Positions 37,276 to 50,029 are shown, numbered from the stretch's first letter. The stretch is DNA of 64,000 nucleotides from Selaginella moellendorffii (GCF_000143415.4 NW_003314274.1:2152623-2216622); one strand, 5' to 3'. Numbers and translations are program-made. Notes: generated by a model not told the origin, from the sequence alone.

Positions 37276-40200
37276 TCAGAAATCCATTATATCCATATCG
37301 TTAAGGGTCTTCACCTTCTGTAAGTTGGATTCGAGGTTAGCTAAGTGAGAAAATAGTGTCGTAGGAGAGGCTAAAAGGACTGAAACATCTTACCGCGACA
37401 AATTGATGAGGATCATCAATGCAAGTCGATCCCAAAACCACTTCTCGTTTCAATTGACTGGATAACTTGTGAGCAGCACGTAACTAAGTAACAAAACCCA
37501 AAGTTAGAGACAGGAGGAACGTAAACAACGAAAACCAACCTCGGAGTGTGTTATACCGCTCACCACGAACACAAAAATGCGCTTCCCAGTTATCATCTTG
37601 GGGTCACTCAGGGCGCTTTTCAACACAGAGTCACTGCGAGAATAGAAAAAACCAGTGAGAGCCATAAAAATTAGCTCCCTTTTACCTTGAGTAACCGTCG
37701 TCAGAGGCTCGCGGTCTCGAGGCCCACGTAGAGCCTGGCTTGGAAGTTCTCATGGACTGCGCGGGTCTCGAATTTGGTGGTGCTGTCGGCAATCTAGACG
37801 ACCCCGTGCTGCTAGACTTTCCAGAAGTGCCTTCGCTTGGCCCTTTCACATAGGGATAGTCTTCCAGTGAGAGCTTGCCTTTCTCCATATCTTCCACCAG
37901 CTCCTGCAAGACACAACGCGTTACAGGGAACTTGTCGTAAGCGACCAAAGGTGACAAACCTGGAGTAGAGGCGTAAAACGGGAATGCTTCCATACTTCCT
38001 CGTCCTGGTTCCTCTCCTTTCTGTACAGGTTCTTGTTCTTAAAGAGCAAAAGGACGAATCGGCTTCAGTACAAGAAGAACAAAGAGGCGTTTGTACCTTT
38101 GAAAACTTTAAAGCAAATCCCCCTGACTGCTTTTTGGATACAGACAGCCCCAAGTACTCAAGATTGGACACCGCAGCCATGTCGCCATCACTTAATCTAG
38201 CTAGCTGCAAACCGCTTCAATCACATCCGCCTCTGATGGATAAGTTAAATCATTTACCTTCATCCATTGTTGTTTCTTCGATTCATCGAGTTTCTCCGGA
38301 TGAGTGGCAGCGTAAATCATCAATAAGCGCAACTTGCAATCTGCACTTATATTCTGCCACACCACTGATTTGAATCATATAAAACAAGCCATGGTAGTAA
38401 AAAGAAATTCTTATTTTGCACCTCTGCCGTGCTGAGAAAGTTGATGAGCTCTTTGCTTGAAGCATCTCCATATACTAGATTTTGTTCTAACTCTGCGACA
38501 TCACTGAGACAATGCGTTCTTATTTTACTGTTCAAGGCTGTAGCGATCTGCAATTGCCTAGTGTTATCGCAAAAAATTAAAAGAAGGCATATACTGACAT
38601 CAATGTGAAGGCTGAGCTTTTCAATTTGATCCCGGTACTGTGGAAGTGCCTGAACAACCTTCTGCATATCTCTTGTTGTCATGTTTTGACCACTGGAAAA
38701 TGAAGACGTTAATAAAACTCAGAAATAAAAGAACTAGAGAGACTACCTTCCTCCAAGTTTGATTTCAGCAGCTTTGTTCTTATTCGCAAACATTTTCATT
38801 TTCTCGTCCAGCTTCACGCTTACCTGTGCGAAGATAAAAATCTTAGCATAACAAAAAGCTTGAATGCAAGAAAACCTTGCCTCAGCAATATGAAGATCCC
38901 GCAGTTCAACCCAGATAGGGTCATGTTCTTCGAGGAGAACTTCCTTCTGTTCTCTTTTACCAGAGCTAGTTGTAATCTATAAAAAAGAAAAAACGCTAGT
39001 GTCATAAACCATGAACTTTGGTACATCTACCTCGTATGTATACTTGCTCCCCTCCAGACTTAATAAATCATGACACATGGCCTCGTATGTCCACTCGTGT
39101 ATCACGGGAGCAATCTGTGCTTCAAACGTCAGGTTTGTAGGTAGAACTGACAAGCACCATACTTACCGGATCTACGGCACGATCCAGTATGAGGAGGTCA
39201 CACGTCTCATTTTGAGGAAAATCAGGAAGAGACGACTTGTACTTCATAAGACGATCCCAAACACATGCAGCCAGTTTTGTAGGCAGTAAGTCAGAATTGG
39301 TAGTTGCAGCTGTACTATTAGCTGCTGCCGATCTTGCTGCACGGTAGCGAATATAAGGAAACTCCTGTGGCAAAGAAAAAGTGAGCACACAGTGATTTGA
39401 AATAACAACAGCAATACTCTGAAAGAGGCAAATACTGTGGTCAGACGCCGCGCAACTGTATCAAGGACAAAGTCGAGCTCCTTCTGCTCGCCAAACAATT
39501 GCTGTAGTGCTCTGTCATTGTCTGTAACAAAGCCCTGCCCTCAAGATGTTTCAATTACATGATTGAATAACTCGAGACCATTACTAACCTGCATATCGAT
39601 TGCCAAGTACTCGAGATTGACCTGTGAGAGAAGTATCAGCAGCAATTCAGCCAAGTATCAAGCTGTACCTCTCTAAGAGCAGAAATCCGTGACATCAAAG
39701 CTCTGTCCTCTTTAATTGCCTTGAGAAGATCCCGTGGCAACGTGGAGCTGAAGTACACATAAGCTCTAAAAGCAGAAATAAATCCCGGGTGAGTATCCAG
39801 CAGGAGACGCTAGCTACCTTACTTCTTGTAGAGAGGAGACTTTCCTGACATATCCGAGACAAATTTCTTCACACTGCATTACCAAATCCAACAATCTAGA
39901 AACGAAGCAACAAAGACCAAATGCGAACCTTTCCCTCGAAGGCTGAATGAAGTAGACAGCGTCTAGAGCAGGCAATGGTTGCCTGCGCCTGTTAAGATCT
40001 TCGACCACTGGACGAAACAAAAGCAAAAGGAAATGAGAGAAAAACGATCAAGACAATCAACCACGAGAAACTAACGTGAGACTCCCTCGTCTGTGATGTC
40101 CGCCATTTTGCAAGAACTCGACATCACTTTCACGGTGAGCTCATCCATGATCAAAACCTGTCAACAATACATCTCTGCCACTGAAAGTTTCGCAAAGATT

Positions 40201-40370
40201 TACCTTCCAAGGCGATGCGCTCTTGGTGCTCTTGGCAGATCTAAGCATCTCGTGTAGAAGACCTGCGCAAGACAGCTGACGATCAAACCTAGATCCCGGA
40301 ATTCATCACAGAACTCACGCTCGCGGGTGTTTTGCCGGAACGATCGATAGGTGCCATCGCCGTCGGCCAT
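37276..40370 (-). CDS. SEC1: Sec1/Munc18 protein (KEULE/SEC1), many exons
   Basis: [58 protein letters not shown]; includes a GC-AG intron (donor ~38880). Confidence 0.92.
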
Positions 40371-40617
40371 GAGGAGAATGAAGCTTTGGCGCGTGGATCA
40401 GACCGAGCTAGGTGAGAAGCACTAGCCACGAATCACCCCGGAGCGCATCGAAAGACTTGACGTTTTCGCCCTAAACCCTGCTCTACGATCTATAGTTCGA
40501 ATCCCATAAAAAATAATAAGTAGAACAAGGTCGCGAGTTCGATTCCAGGTGGGGTGAAGTATGCCAGCCACACACACTACACACGCTTCTTTCTCTCTTT
40601 TCTAGATCGTTCTCGTC

Positions 40618-41287
40618 ATGGCGCTCGAGCAGCCATCGCTCACACCGCTCTCTCAGGTTCTTCCTCGCAAATCTCACGGCACTCGTAGCTCCATTAGATT
40701 GCGGGGCACCGATCGATGGGCTCTCAAGAGCAGCTTCTTCAATGCTGGTTCTCGATTAGCTCCAGCTCAAACCATGGCAGCGTCCAGGATTTCAATGCGA
40801 GTTGCCACGAACAAGGCGTATATCTGCTCAGATTGCGGGTAAAAAGCCAACATCTAGATAGAAATGAAAGAAGGAACCTTATGCTTCGTGGATTTTTTTC
40901 TTGAAGGTATATCTATAACGATCGAACGCCATTCTCAAAGCTTCCAAACGACTACTCCTGTCCAGGTAGCGATTTGTTAGAACAAACTTCAAGTTTTTTT
41001 CCGTGCTTTTTCTTACATCCTGCTTGCTGGTTAAAGTCTGTCTTGCTCCAAAGAGACGCTTCAAACCATACGGCGAACCTGTTGCACGTAATGCAAACAG
41101 CACCGACGTGCGCAAAGCTCGAAAGGAGCAACTCAAAAAAGCAAATTCCAACCTCGGGTACGAGCTTATCGACTCGTCTTCACTTTCCTGTAAACTTTTT
41201 TGTCTCAGATCTGCGCTTCCAGTTGCCATTGCTGTCGGCCTTGCGATACTGGCTGGAACGTATTTCTACCTGAACATTCAATACTAG
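40618..41287 (+). CDS. Plastid rubredoxin-like protein with C-terminal TM
   Basis: Transit peptide; CSDCGYIY...CPVC metal-binding motifs; C-terminal hydrophobic helix; three introns. Confidence 0.88.
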
Positions 41288-41507
41288 AAGTCAGTCGGCC
41301 AAAACGAACAAAAGAAGGAAAACGAACTACATACCACAGATTGTTCTGTCCAAATATGAAGCTGGTGTTTTGAGCAGACGGTGAAATGCGAGAATGCAAT
41401 GCAGGACAAACAAACGTAGAAAACCTTGTACTGTTATTGCGCCAAAATTTTCGTCTACCAAAAAAGTTTCACGGCGTCAAATAAAAAGAATTTGCTCGAT
41501 TTCCAGA

Positions 41508-42473
41508 TTAGGCCGCCTTCATGTCATCGAGGCCAACGCTTTTCTGCAAAGCACCAGATTGCCACTGTCACAAACAGAAACTCTCTAGCCAATCAACCAT
41601 ACCAAAAACTGATGATTCTCCAGGAGAAGAGGCGAGAACGATGACACAAACTTCTCTATGTCGGAGCTCAAGCTTTCGCCACCACCGAGCATTTCCATGA
41701 ACTTTTTCCTTTCCGGCGTCAGCTTCATCGCCATCTGCACAGAATTTCATGGAGGATGACGAAACGAAAACTCATAAACCAAACCAGGCCACATCTGTGC
41801 AGCAGCTATACTCACCGTGAAGGCTCCACTTGCAATCCATCCGTGGTACTTCTTAAGCGTGGCGGCGTACGCCTCAGTCGAGGCTTGTGTCATGGTCCAG
41901 TCGGGATGACGAAAGAGGTTGTCGAACAAGTTCATCAAAAAATCCATGGCCCTGAATTCTCCCAAGGAGTTAATCTAAGTACCATGCCCAGGCCTAGCTA
42001 CCAGAGAGAACTCAAAAAGAAGAGTACCTCGTTAACCACAGCAAGCCATTGCTACAGCTTTTGGACCCCTTCGCGGTTTTCTCGTCGACCTCCCTCCTTA
42101 CGATGTCGTACAGAAGGTACAAGCCCGACGTATCTTCGTTATAGCGCGTCTCTAGCCGCTGGTAGCAAGCGAATCAGCACCTACATTCTACCAAATTTGC
42201 GAAATCTCACCGCGATGTTGCCGCCGATGTCCGATTTCACCATCGCCATCGCAGATCCAAACTTGTCTACACAAGAAATTCCCAGAAAACGAGCGTCAGA
42301 TCCGCGGAAATTCGCAAGCGCGGGCACTGACCTATCACCGGAAGGACAAGGCGGCAAACGTCCAGGAACTGCTTAGTGAGAATGTCGCCGGATGGAGATC
42401 TCACCATGGGGATCGCATCGATCGCCTCGCGGAAGGCGCTGGCGCTCGCCACCGTCGCCGTGCTGCTCGCCAT
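41508..42473 (-). CDS. GLTP1: Glycolipid transfer protein
   Basis: VKSDIGGNI, GLLWLTRAMDFL, AY..TLKKYHGW motifs. Confidence 0.9.
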
Positions 42474-42525
42474 TGCTCTCTCCCCTTCGAGCGCGTTCTT
42501 GGAGCCCTAAAATCCTGGGCTGTGA

Positions 42526-42534
42526 TGACGTGGC
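42526..42534. promoter_or_regulatory. ABRE/G-box-type element upstream of GLTP
   Basis: TGACGTGGC about 50 bp upstream of the ATG. Confidence 0.4.
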
Positions 42535-45500
42535 AATGCGATGTGCCACGAGCGCGCCAATGGTCAAAAAGAATGATATTTAAAAGTACGACGCCAGTGA
42601 GTGGGAAGGCACCACGCAAAGTAAGAAAAGAAGTGAATGGTGGAAAGAATTGACAATACAGTACTTGATACGTATGGATGCGCTCCAAAATTGGTTTTCA
42701 TCGTTTTTCTTTTATACTAATCCAAGCTTACAAAAGTTTCTTATGTTACTAAAATTCAAGCTTAGCAAACACACACAAACTCGCACAGGAATCATGCACT
42801 CCACCCCGCTCTTATTAATTGGCGCCACAAGGCCTTCATGATTGTGTGGAGTTGCAAATTTCCCCATCCAAATTGTGTCTCCAGTGTCTCCACTCCGTAT
42901 GATGGAGCCGCATTGTATAGTATCATTGCCTAAGAAAATACTGTATGATTACATTAGCGATACATAATACTCCGCCTTCGATTTCCACAGAGCATGATTC
43001 TCTCAATAAACCACTACCTAAACAAGAACGCGAGCACCCGAGAGTTTCCATACAAGCTTTCGCTCTCATACATACGTTCTTCCGGCTGGTTTACACCCCG
43101 AAGCAGATTTGGGGAAATCGGATCATCATTATAAGTACTTAAATACCAGTCCGAATCGGGTCAACGTTGCGGGTAAAAAAACAAGGAGATAAAAAGAAAA
43201 TAAAACCATGTACTGCACGGTAACTAGGTCTAAGAAGGATGTACACTGCGAATTCAATGGCCCTGATCGGTTTTGTCCCCGACGGTTATCATGCCTAGCT
43301 ACCATCACAAACTAAGATGCAAAGACCCGTCTAAAGCTCACTAAACCCCACTAAACCCCGTTAAACCCTTCTGAAACCCACCTTTTGGGAGCCCTAAAAA
43401 ACTGTACTCTGACCTAACAGAACTTCTACTGATTTCTGGAACTAGAAGCGAGCGGGAATTGAAGCCCACAGCTTGCCTAGTTTGGACACAGAGCATGATG
43501 AGATGCCATGAATGAGCGCAAAGGCAGGCAAAGAAAGTTTGGAGAGAGAGGCGAAAGAAGTATTGATGCAGCACGAGGGGATTGTGTTGTGTGTTGTTAT
43601 GGGTTGTCTTTGGAGTAGCTACTGCTACTACGACAATGTAGTTTTTTATATACATAGGGCAGCGCTATCATCCATCCGGCGGCCCAGAATGCGAGACAAG
43701 TTAAGGGAAGAAGTTAACACACCCGTTGATTTCCCATGATAGTCTCAGTGTCCTGCTCCCGTTCCGTGCTGCTTGGAGCTGCGCCACTTCTGTTGGATCT
43801 ATACGAGCTTTCTTAGGGTTTCCGTAGCTGCCGTCCTTGTGAGTCAGCCCTCTAATCTTTAGATACATTGGAACCAAATGCTTAATTGGTTTGCGTTGAT
43901 TGGGGTTGTTTTGGTAGTTGTGGCTGGCTTGCTGGCGTCTTCTCGTCTGGTTTCGTTCCTGCCTTCGCCCTAAGTGGGAAAAGGTGGTACGGTTTCGACG
44001 CCATGCCAGTTGCATGGGCCTGGAACGCATATGATGAGTTCCTTCTTTCCTTCGCCACCTCCAGCCAGTTGATCCGAGGCCGCCCGTACGCGGCCTCAAA
44101 ATTTTCAAGATCCAGCTTGAAAAAGTCCGGATTGTGTATAAAAAGTGGAGAGGAGTTGAATCCGAGCGAGTTAGCGGCCTCCAGCGAGTCGTGGATGTGG
44201 TTTTGCGGTCATCCCTGTTACCCAACGGTCGGAAGCAAGCTAATTTTGATCATGCTTCGTTCCTGAGCACAAGCCAACACGCCACTGAATCTGAGTATAT
44301 ACTCCATCTACTACAAAGCCATTTTAAAATTAGAAAAAAAACATTTTTTTTCCCTATTTAATTCTTTTTTTCGCTTTGGGTTGGTGGCTGGCTCTCTCCC
44401 TGATTAAGGAAGATTCCCGGGCTCGGTTTCAAGCAAGCCGCCAGCCCGGCCAGTATAACGTTCATGCTAGTAGAAGACGCATGGTCCTTTTTATATAGCA
44501 AAAGCTAAACAAGACTAAACAATACGTGGCCCGATTTTCTTGGCCCCTAAAACAAATCTTCGTCTCTGTTTTTGCAGTATGAGGAATCCGCTTGAATCAT
44601 AAATTTATATACCCCACTGTCCAATGTGTACAAGATTTTCAACAAAGCCCGATCTTGGGCTTGATACTCTCGCAGGAAAAAAGGTGGTCTCTATAGGTAG
44701 AATGTGAATCGACGCATCGCACTACTAATCCTTTTTTTACCACCACCGAAGGGAGCGAATATTCCCGGGCCGGAGTCTAGCGACAAACAGAAAGGGCGTA
44801 TTAGGAAGATGGTGCGGATTAGGCGGTGTTAATGCGAGCTTAAGCTAATTGGCGAACGTTCTAGCAGACTGACAAGGGGATTCATGAAAGCAACTGCCTT
44901 CTGCTCGATTAAAAGCTCGCCATGGATTGATTTGCTTTATTAAGCTGGCCGCTAACAATAAGCATTAAATGCAGTCGTCGTCGTTCGTCGCCCACATGAG
45001 AAAAAGAAATACATTTCTTTTTATTTCTGTTTTGCGAGAAAAGTAAAAAGTAAAACCAAAAACACGCATCAATAAAATATACCAATATACCTTTTACTTT
45101 TCACCGGCCAGTCAACCGCGTACCGTGGCCACCACGAGGGTGGTGGACTCAAGCAGCTTTTCTATTGCGGGACGGGACCTTTGTGTTGCATGCGTACCGC
45201 GTAGGTTAAGTGGCACACTAATTACCGCAATAATACGAGAGATTTTTCGGCGATTAAAATACCAACCCCCGGAATTGCTTTTTTGTAAAACCTTTTGAAA
45301 AATGAGTATTTTAAAATGAAAATGGTTATCATGGGTTTACCACCCACCCCATCTCGAAATGTATATATTCTCTGTTTCCGTGTACAAGTTGTCAGTATAT
45401 GTGCGTGCGTGCGTGCGTGCGTGCGTTTTCTAGGCCGTCTTCTTGGTTGGTCTTTTTTGTCATTTTTTTTTCCCTTAATTCTAATTTTTAAAAGTACCTA

Positions 45501-45912
45501 CAGACGTAGCGCCCAAAAATACCCCCTTCTTTTTGCGGTTCCTTTATTATTTAATTTGGTATAAGAAAAAAGAGAGGAAATTTTCTCTCTGTGTTGCGTT
45601 GTGTGTGTTTTTTTTTTCGGTATAGGGAGGGGTTGTTGATGTCGCTGGCTGCGGTGGTGGTGTGTGCCCTGTGGGTTTTGTCTTCCAAGTCACTCCACCA
45701 GAGAAGAACACACAGTTAGGTATAGGTGGTAGTAGTATAGTTCTAGTTGTAGAGTTGGTTCCAAGGGAATTGGGTGCTAATCGCGACTGCTCACTCTCTC
45801 AAGCAAAGAAAGCTTGGACAGTTCTCTACAATCTAAAAGCCCAGGAACAAGGAAGAAGCAAAGAGTTAGAACAAGAAAAAGAGGGGGGGAGAGAAAGAGG
45901 GGGAGAGAGGCG

Positions 45913-46077
45913 ATGGCGATGGCGATGATCTCGGACTCCTCTCCCCAGCTCGGGCCCCCGGCGACGCTCGATCTCGGGCTGGCCACACCGGCATTGATGG
46001 GAGAATGCTCCGCCGCCGCGGGGGCGGAGCAAGGGGTCCAATTGAGGAGGAAGGGAACGCTGGAGCAGCAGCTGTGA
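45913..46077 (+). CDS. Putative 54-codon upstream ORF in the leader of the hAT-derived gene
   Basis: GCGATGGCGATGGCGATG start cluster in strong context; GC-rich ORF flanked by GA- and TTC-repeat leader; ends 197 bp before the main ATG. Confidence 0.45.
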   Translation: MAMAMISDSSPQLGPPATLDLGLATPALMGECSAAAGAEQGVQLRRKGTLEQQL

Positions 46078-46274
46078 GTTCTAGTTCTTCTTCTTTCTTC
46101 TTCTTCTTCTTCTTCCTCCGGGAGTGATTCCAATTTCCTGCTGGGCCGAGCTCCTCGATACGATCCAGCAACGAAAAAAAAAAGCCCAGGAGGAGGAGAA
46201 AAAAAAGCGCACATACGAGAAAAGAAAGGAAAAAAAAAATACACAGGAGAAAAGCCGCGGACGAGGAGCGTAAC

Positions 46275-49001
46275 ATGGCAGCCACAACGACGACAGGGGG
46301 GGGCACGGTGGCGGCGGGGGCGGGGTCGGCGGCGGGGGCAGCAGGGGGGAGTGGATCGATTGGGGGCGGAGGGGGTAGCGGCGCTGGCGGGGCTGGCGGC
46401 GGCGCTGGCGGAGACGAGGATCTCACCGTCAAGACAATGCGTAAGCGCTACGAGGGACTGCTGCTAGTGAGGAGCAAGGCCGTCAAGGGCAAGGGCGCGT
46501 GGTACTGGTCACACCTGGAGCCGATCCTCGTCCACAATCCCGACACTGGCACGCCCAAGGCCGTGAAGCTGCGATGCGGCCTCTGCAACGCCATGTTCTC
46601 CGCCTCCAACCCCTCGCGCACCGCCAGCGAGCACCTCAAGCGCGGCACTTGCCCTAATTTCAGCGGCGCCTACCGCCCCCTCGGATCGTCCCCGCCTCCG
46701 CCAGCGGCGGGCGTGGCGGCCGCCGCTGCCGCGATCGCCACCGCCACCACCCCGAAATCCTCCTCCGGCCGCAAGCGCGCCGCGGCATTGTCCTCGCAGA
46801 ATCAACAGCAGCAGCAGCAGCAGCAAAGCCTCGCGATCGTGCCAGCGGCGCCACCGGCTCCGGGATCGTCGGTTCCAGCGGGATCGGGCGCGGCGGCGGC
46901 ACCGGCGGCGCTGGATGAGAGGCTGCCGCTCCACCTCTCGGGCGGCAAGGAGGATCTGGGCGCGCTGGCGCTGCTCGAGGACAACGTGAAGCGGATCAAG
47001 AGCCCCGGACTGAAGCCTGGTTCTAGCGGCGGTGGCCTCACCAAGGAGCAAGGGGAGGCCGCCATCGCGCTCCTCGCGGACTGGCTCTACGAGTCCCACG
47101 CCACCGTGCCCCTGGCGGTGGTAGAGCATCCCAAATTCCGGGCCTTCCTCGCGCAGATCGGGCTCCAGGGCGCTGCCAGCCGGCGGCTCCTGGCGGGGCC
47201 GCGGCTGGACGCGCGATTCGAGGAGGTGAAGAGGCAATCCGAGGCTCGGCTGGGCGACGCGCTCTTCTTCCAGATCTCCACCGATGGCTGGAAGCGCCGC
47301 TCGATCTTTCCAATCTCTCCTTCCTTGGCGCTGTCCTCCCCGGCGGCGATGGCAATGGCCGCGATGGCGATGGATCCTTCTTCCTCCCCTTCCAGCGTCA
47401 GCGATCTCGTCTACATCACGATCAATCTCCCCAATGGCAGCAGCCTCTTCTGGCGCGCGCTGCCGATCGGCGGTAGCGGCGGGGCGAAGGCAGTGGAGGC
47501 GATCCTCGAGGAGGCGGTGGCGGCGCTGTGCGGCGGATCGCCGGAGCGCTGCGTGGGGATCGTGGCGGACGCGGGCAAGGCGGTGAACAAGGCGCTGCGC
47601 GAGGTGGAGTCCCGGCGGTCCTGGATCGTGAGCGTCCCCTGCCAGGCACAGGCCTTCGCCAGCCTCCTCCGCGACTTCGCCAAGCGATCCCCGCTCTTTC
47701 GATCCGTCGCAACCGACTGCCTCAAGCTCGTCGCCTTCTTCTCGGGCAATCACCCCGCACGGACGCTCCTCCAGCGCTTCCAGCGCGACGCCTACGCGAG
47801 GATCCGCGCCCTGGCGGAGCTCGCCGAGGCGGCGGCGACCGCAGCAGCATCAGCGAGCTCCTCCTCCGCCAGCGCGGCCGATCGCGACGCGGTGGATCCC
47901 GCGCTAGCGCTGCTCCTCCCGGACGGGATCGCCGCCAGCGCGCGCGCGCTCCACGCCATCGTCGCGGACGCGTCCTTCAAGATGGTGTACGCTGGCGGGG
48001 ACGACCCGGCGGCGCGCGAGGCATCGGAGATCGTCCTCTCGCAGGGGTTCTGGAAGGATTTGGAGGCGGTCCAGGCGATCTCGCGGGTGGTGGCGGTGAT
48101 GATCCGCGACATGGAGGCCGAGCGCCCGCTCGTCAGCCAGTGCCTGCCAATGTGGGAGGAGCTCCGGGACAAGCTCATGGATTGCTGCGCGCGGCATGGA
48201 AAGGATCAAGCGTCGATCATGCGGCTGATCCAGGCGCGATTCACGACGAACTACCACCCGGCGTGGTCGGCTGCGCTGGTACTCGACCCGCTCTACCTCG
48301 TCAAGGACGCAAACAACCGCTACCTCCCGCCATACAAGATCCTGAGCTCCGAGCAGGAGAAGGACGTGGATCGGCTCATCACGCGGCTGGTTTCGCGCGA
48401 GGAGGCGCACATCGTGCTCATGGAGCTCATGAAGTGGCGGTCCGAGGGGCTGGATCCGCTGTACGCGCAGGCGGTGCAGGTGAAGGAGACGGATCCGGCG
48501 ACGGGGAGGGTGAAATGTATGAGCGGGCAGAGCCGGAGGCTGGTGTGGGAGACGTGCTTGAACGAGTTCCGGCTGCTGGGAAAGGTGGCGGCGAGGTTGA
48601 TCTTCTTGCATGCGACGTCCGGGGGGGTGAAGAGCTGGGCGCTCAAGGTGGCGGGGAAAGGTGGCGGAGGGTTTGGAGGCGGATTTGGGGGCCTTGGGAG
48701 GGTGGCGGCGGAGCGGGCGGGGAAGATGATGTACGTAGCGGCGCACGCGAAGCTGGAGCGGCATGATTTCGTGACTGACGAGGAGCGGGAGTTTTTGGCG
48801 GCGGCGGTGGAGGAGGAGGAGGAGATGGGTGGCGGCAGCTTGGCACGGACGAGTAGTGGGACTAACAGGGAGGGTGGCGGCGGTGGGAATGGTGGTGGTG
48901 GCGGGGATCATCACCACCACCACCATCACCAGCAGCAGCAGCAGCAGCAGCACGAGGGGTTTCTAGGACCTGGAGGAGGAGGAGGATCGACTCACTTGTA
49001 A
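46275..49001 (+). CDS. Domesticated hAT-transposase-derived protein (BED-like zinc finger plus RNase H-like fold; similar to the At1g12380 type)
   Basis: Intronless 908 aa; GAWYWSHLEP...C.LC...NPSRTASEHLKRGTCPNF finger; STDGWK; AALVLDP; no TIRs seen; poly-G/Q/H tracts. Confidence 0.85.
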   Translation: MAATTTTGGGTVAAGAGSAAGAAGGSGSIGGGGGSGAGGAGGGAGGDEDLTVKTMRKRYEGLLLVRSKAVKGKGAWYWSHLEPILVHNPDTGTPKAVKLRCGLCNAMFSASNPSRTASEHLKRGTCPNFSGAYRPLGSSPPPPAAGVAAAAAAIATATTPKSSSGRKRAAALSSQNQQQQQQQQSLAIVPAAPPAPGSSVPAGSGAAAAPAALDERLPLHLSGGKEDLGALALLEDNVKRIKSPGLKPGSSGGGLTKEQGEAAIALLADWLYESHATVPLAVVEHPKFRAFLAQIGLQGAASRRLLAGPRLDARFEEVKRQSEARLGDALFFQISTDGWKRRSIFPISPSLALSSPAAMAMAAMAMDPSSSPSSVSDLVYITINLPNGSSLFWRALPIGGSGGAKAVEAILEEAVAALCGGSPERCVGIVADAGKAVNKALREVESRRSWIVSVPCQAQAFASLLRDFAKRSPLFRSVATDCLKLVAFFSGNHPARTLLQRFQRDAYARIRALAELAEAAATAAASASSSSASAADRDAVDPALALLLPDGIAASARALHAIVADASFKMVYAGGDDPAAREASEIVLSQGFWKDLEAVQAISRVVAVMIRDMEAERPLVSQCLPMWEELRDKLMDCCARHGKDQASIMRLIQARFTTNYHPAWSAALVLDPLYLVKDANNRYLPPYKILSSEQEKDVDRLITRLVSREEAHIVLMELMKWRSEGLDPLYAQAVQVKETDPATGRVKCMSGQSRRLVWETCLNEFRLLGKVAARLIFLHATSGGVKSWALKVAGKGGGGFGGGFGGLGRVAAERAGKMMYVAAHAKLERHDFVTDEEREFLAAAVEEEEEMGGGSLARTSSGTNREGGGGGNGGGGGDHHHHHHHQQQQQQQHEGFLGPGGGGGSTHL

Positions 49002-50029
49002 AACTTTCTACGGAGTTCTTAGAACTTTGGGATGGTGAACATCTTGACTCTCACTCACACAACTCGGCTGGATCGTTTCTAGGAAGATTCGGGGGAGGAG
49101 TCGATCGAAATAACGAGAGAGGCGAGGCGACTGAGGAAGAAATTGGGACTCTTGGAGGAGGATCAAGGTTTCATTTTTGATGATTGATGGCTTTCTTGCT
49201 TTGCATGCTTTGCTCGACAAAGTTAGCGAGCGAGCTTGCCTTGTTTGATTCGAGCATAGGCATCTGGCCAAGTTGGCGAACCCCCCCTTTTGTAAATTTC
49301 TTTTGTTTCTCATCTTTGATACACAGATAGACAATAGATCTCTCCGATCTCTCTTGGAGAATAAGAATCCGGAGTTTCTTTGGATTCGCGTCATTTAAAA
49401 AAAAAGAAAGAAAATCGATGGCAATACCATATTCTCTTTCTTCTCTCTCTCTTTTTCAGGTGTGAAAGGTGAATGTATTGGAGAGAATGGGGACGGACGA
49501 GTATTAATTGCTGGCTTGCTTGCAGATTTGCTTGGCACCGGTTTTGATGGGACAGTGTCTGGTTTTGGTTCGAGGAACTTAAGGAACGGTTCAAATCAAT
49601 CAAGCAAACGGGATAAGGAGACGACGACGATATCTGGATCTGCGGCGGCGATCGTCTTAACGTTAAGCGTCTTGCTTTTCTCCGTAGTTTTGGCTTTCGC
49701 TGAATTCAATCAAGAGAAGAACGGGCTTTGATGATGTGAAACTGAAGATCCAAATCCCTGGAGGGCAAAGGCAAATCTATCAATCAGGCACTGAGTTTGG
49801 TGTAAGCGTGCACGATCCATCAAGCCAAGGGAGGCCCTTGGAGTTTACAACGTCATTGCCAGGATCTTGTTGGAAATTGGAATCCTTTGAGTTGAGATGG
49901 AACACTATAGGAGAAACGTTTTAGCACGCAAACTCTTAACAGGGGAGAAAAACCCAAGAAGACTTACCTGGTTGGCTGCCACGAAGAACGTCAATAAAGA
50001 TCGATCTCTTCCTGAAGAACTGGATGGTT

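Noticed and set aside
40490-40550. Two GTTCGA(A/T)TCC B-box-like motifs suggesting tRNA genes
   Set aside because: No T-stem pairing, D-arm or acceptor stem; they lie in the SEC1/rubredoxin promoter.
43341-43400. TAAACCC repeats as telomerase RNA template or interstitial telomere
   Set aside because: Units are degenerate and irregular, and no USE/TATA Pol III promoter was found at the right spacing.
46509-48953. Long antisense and alternative-frame ORFs over the hAT-derived gene
   Set aside because: Expected shadow ORFs of very GC-rich coding DNA.
49960-49975. ACTTACCTGG resembling the U1 snRNA 5' end
   Set aside because: It is the reverse complement of a CAG/GTAAGT splice donor downstream of the TrmH stop; no U1 body follows.
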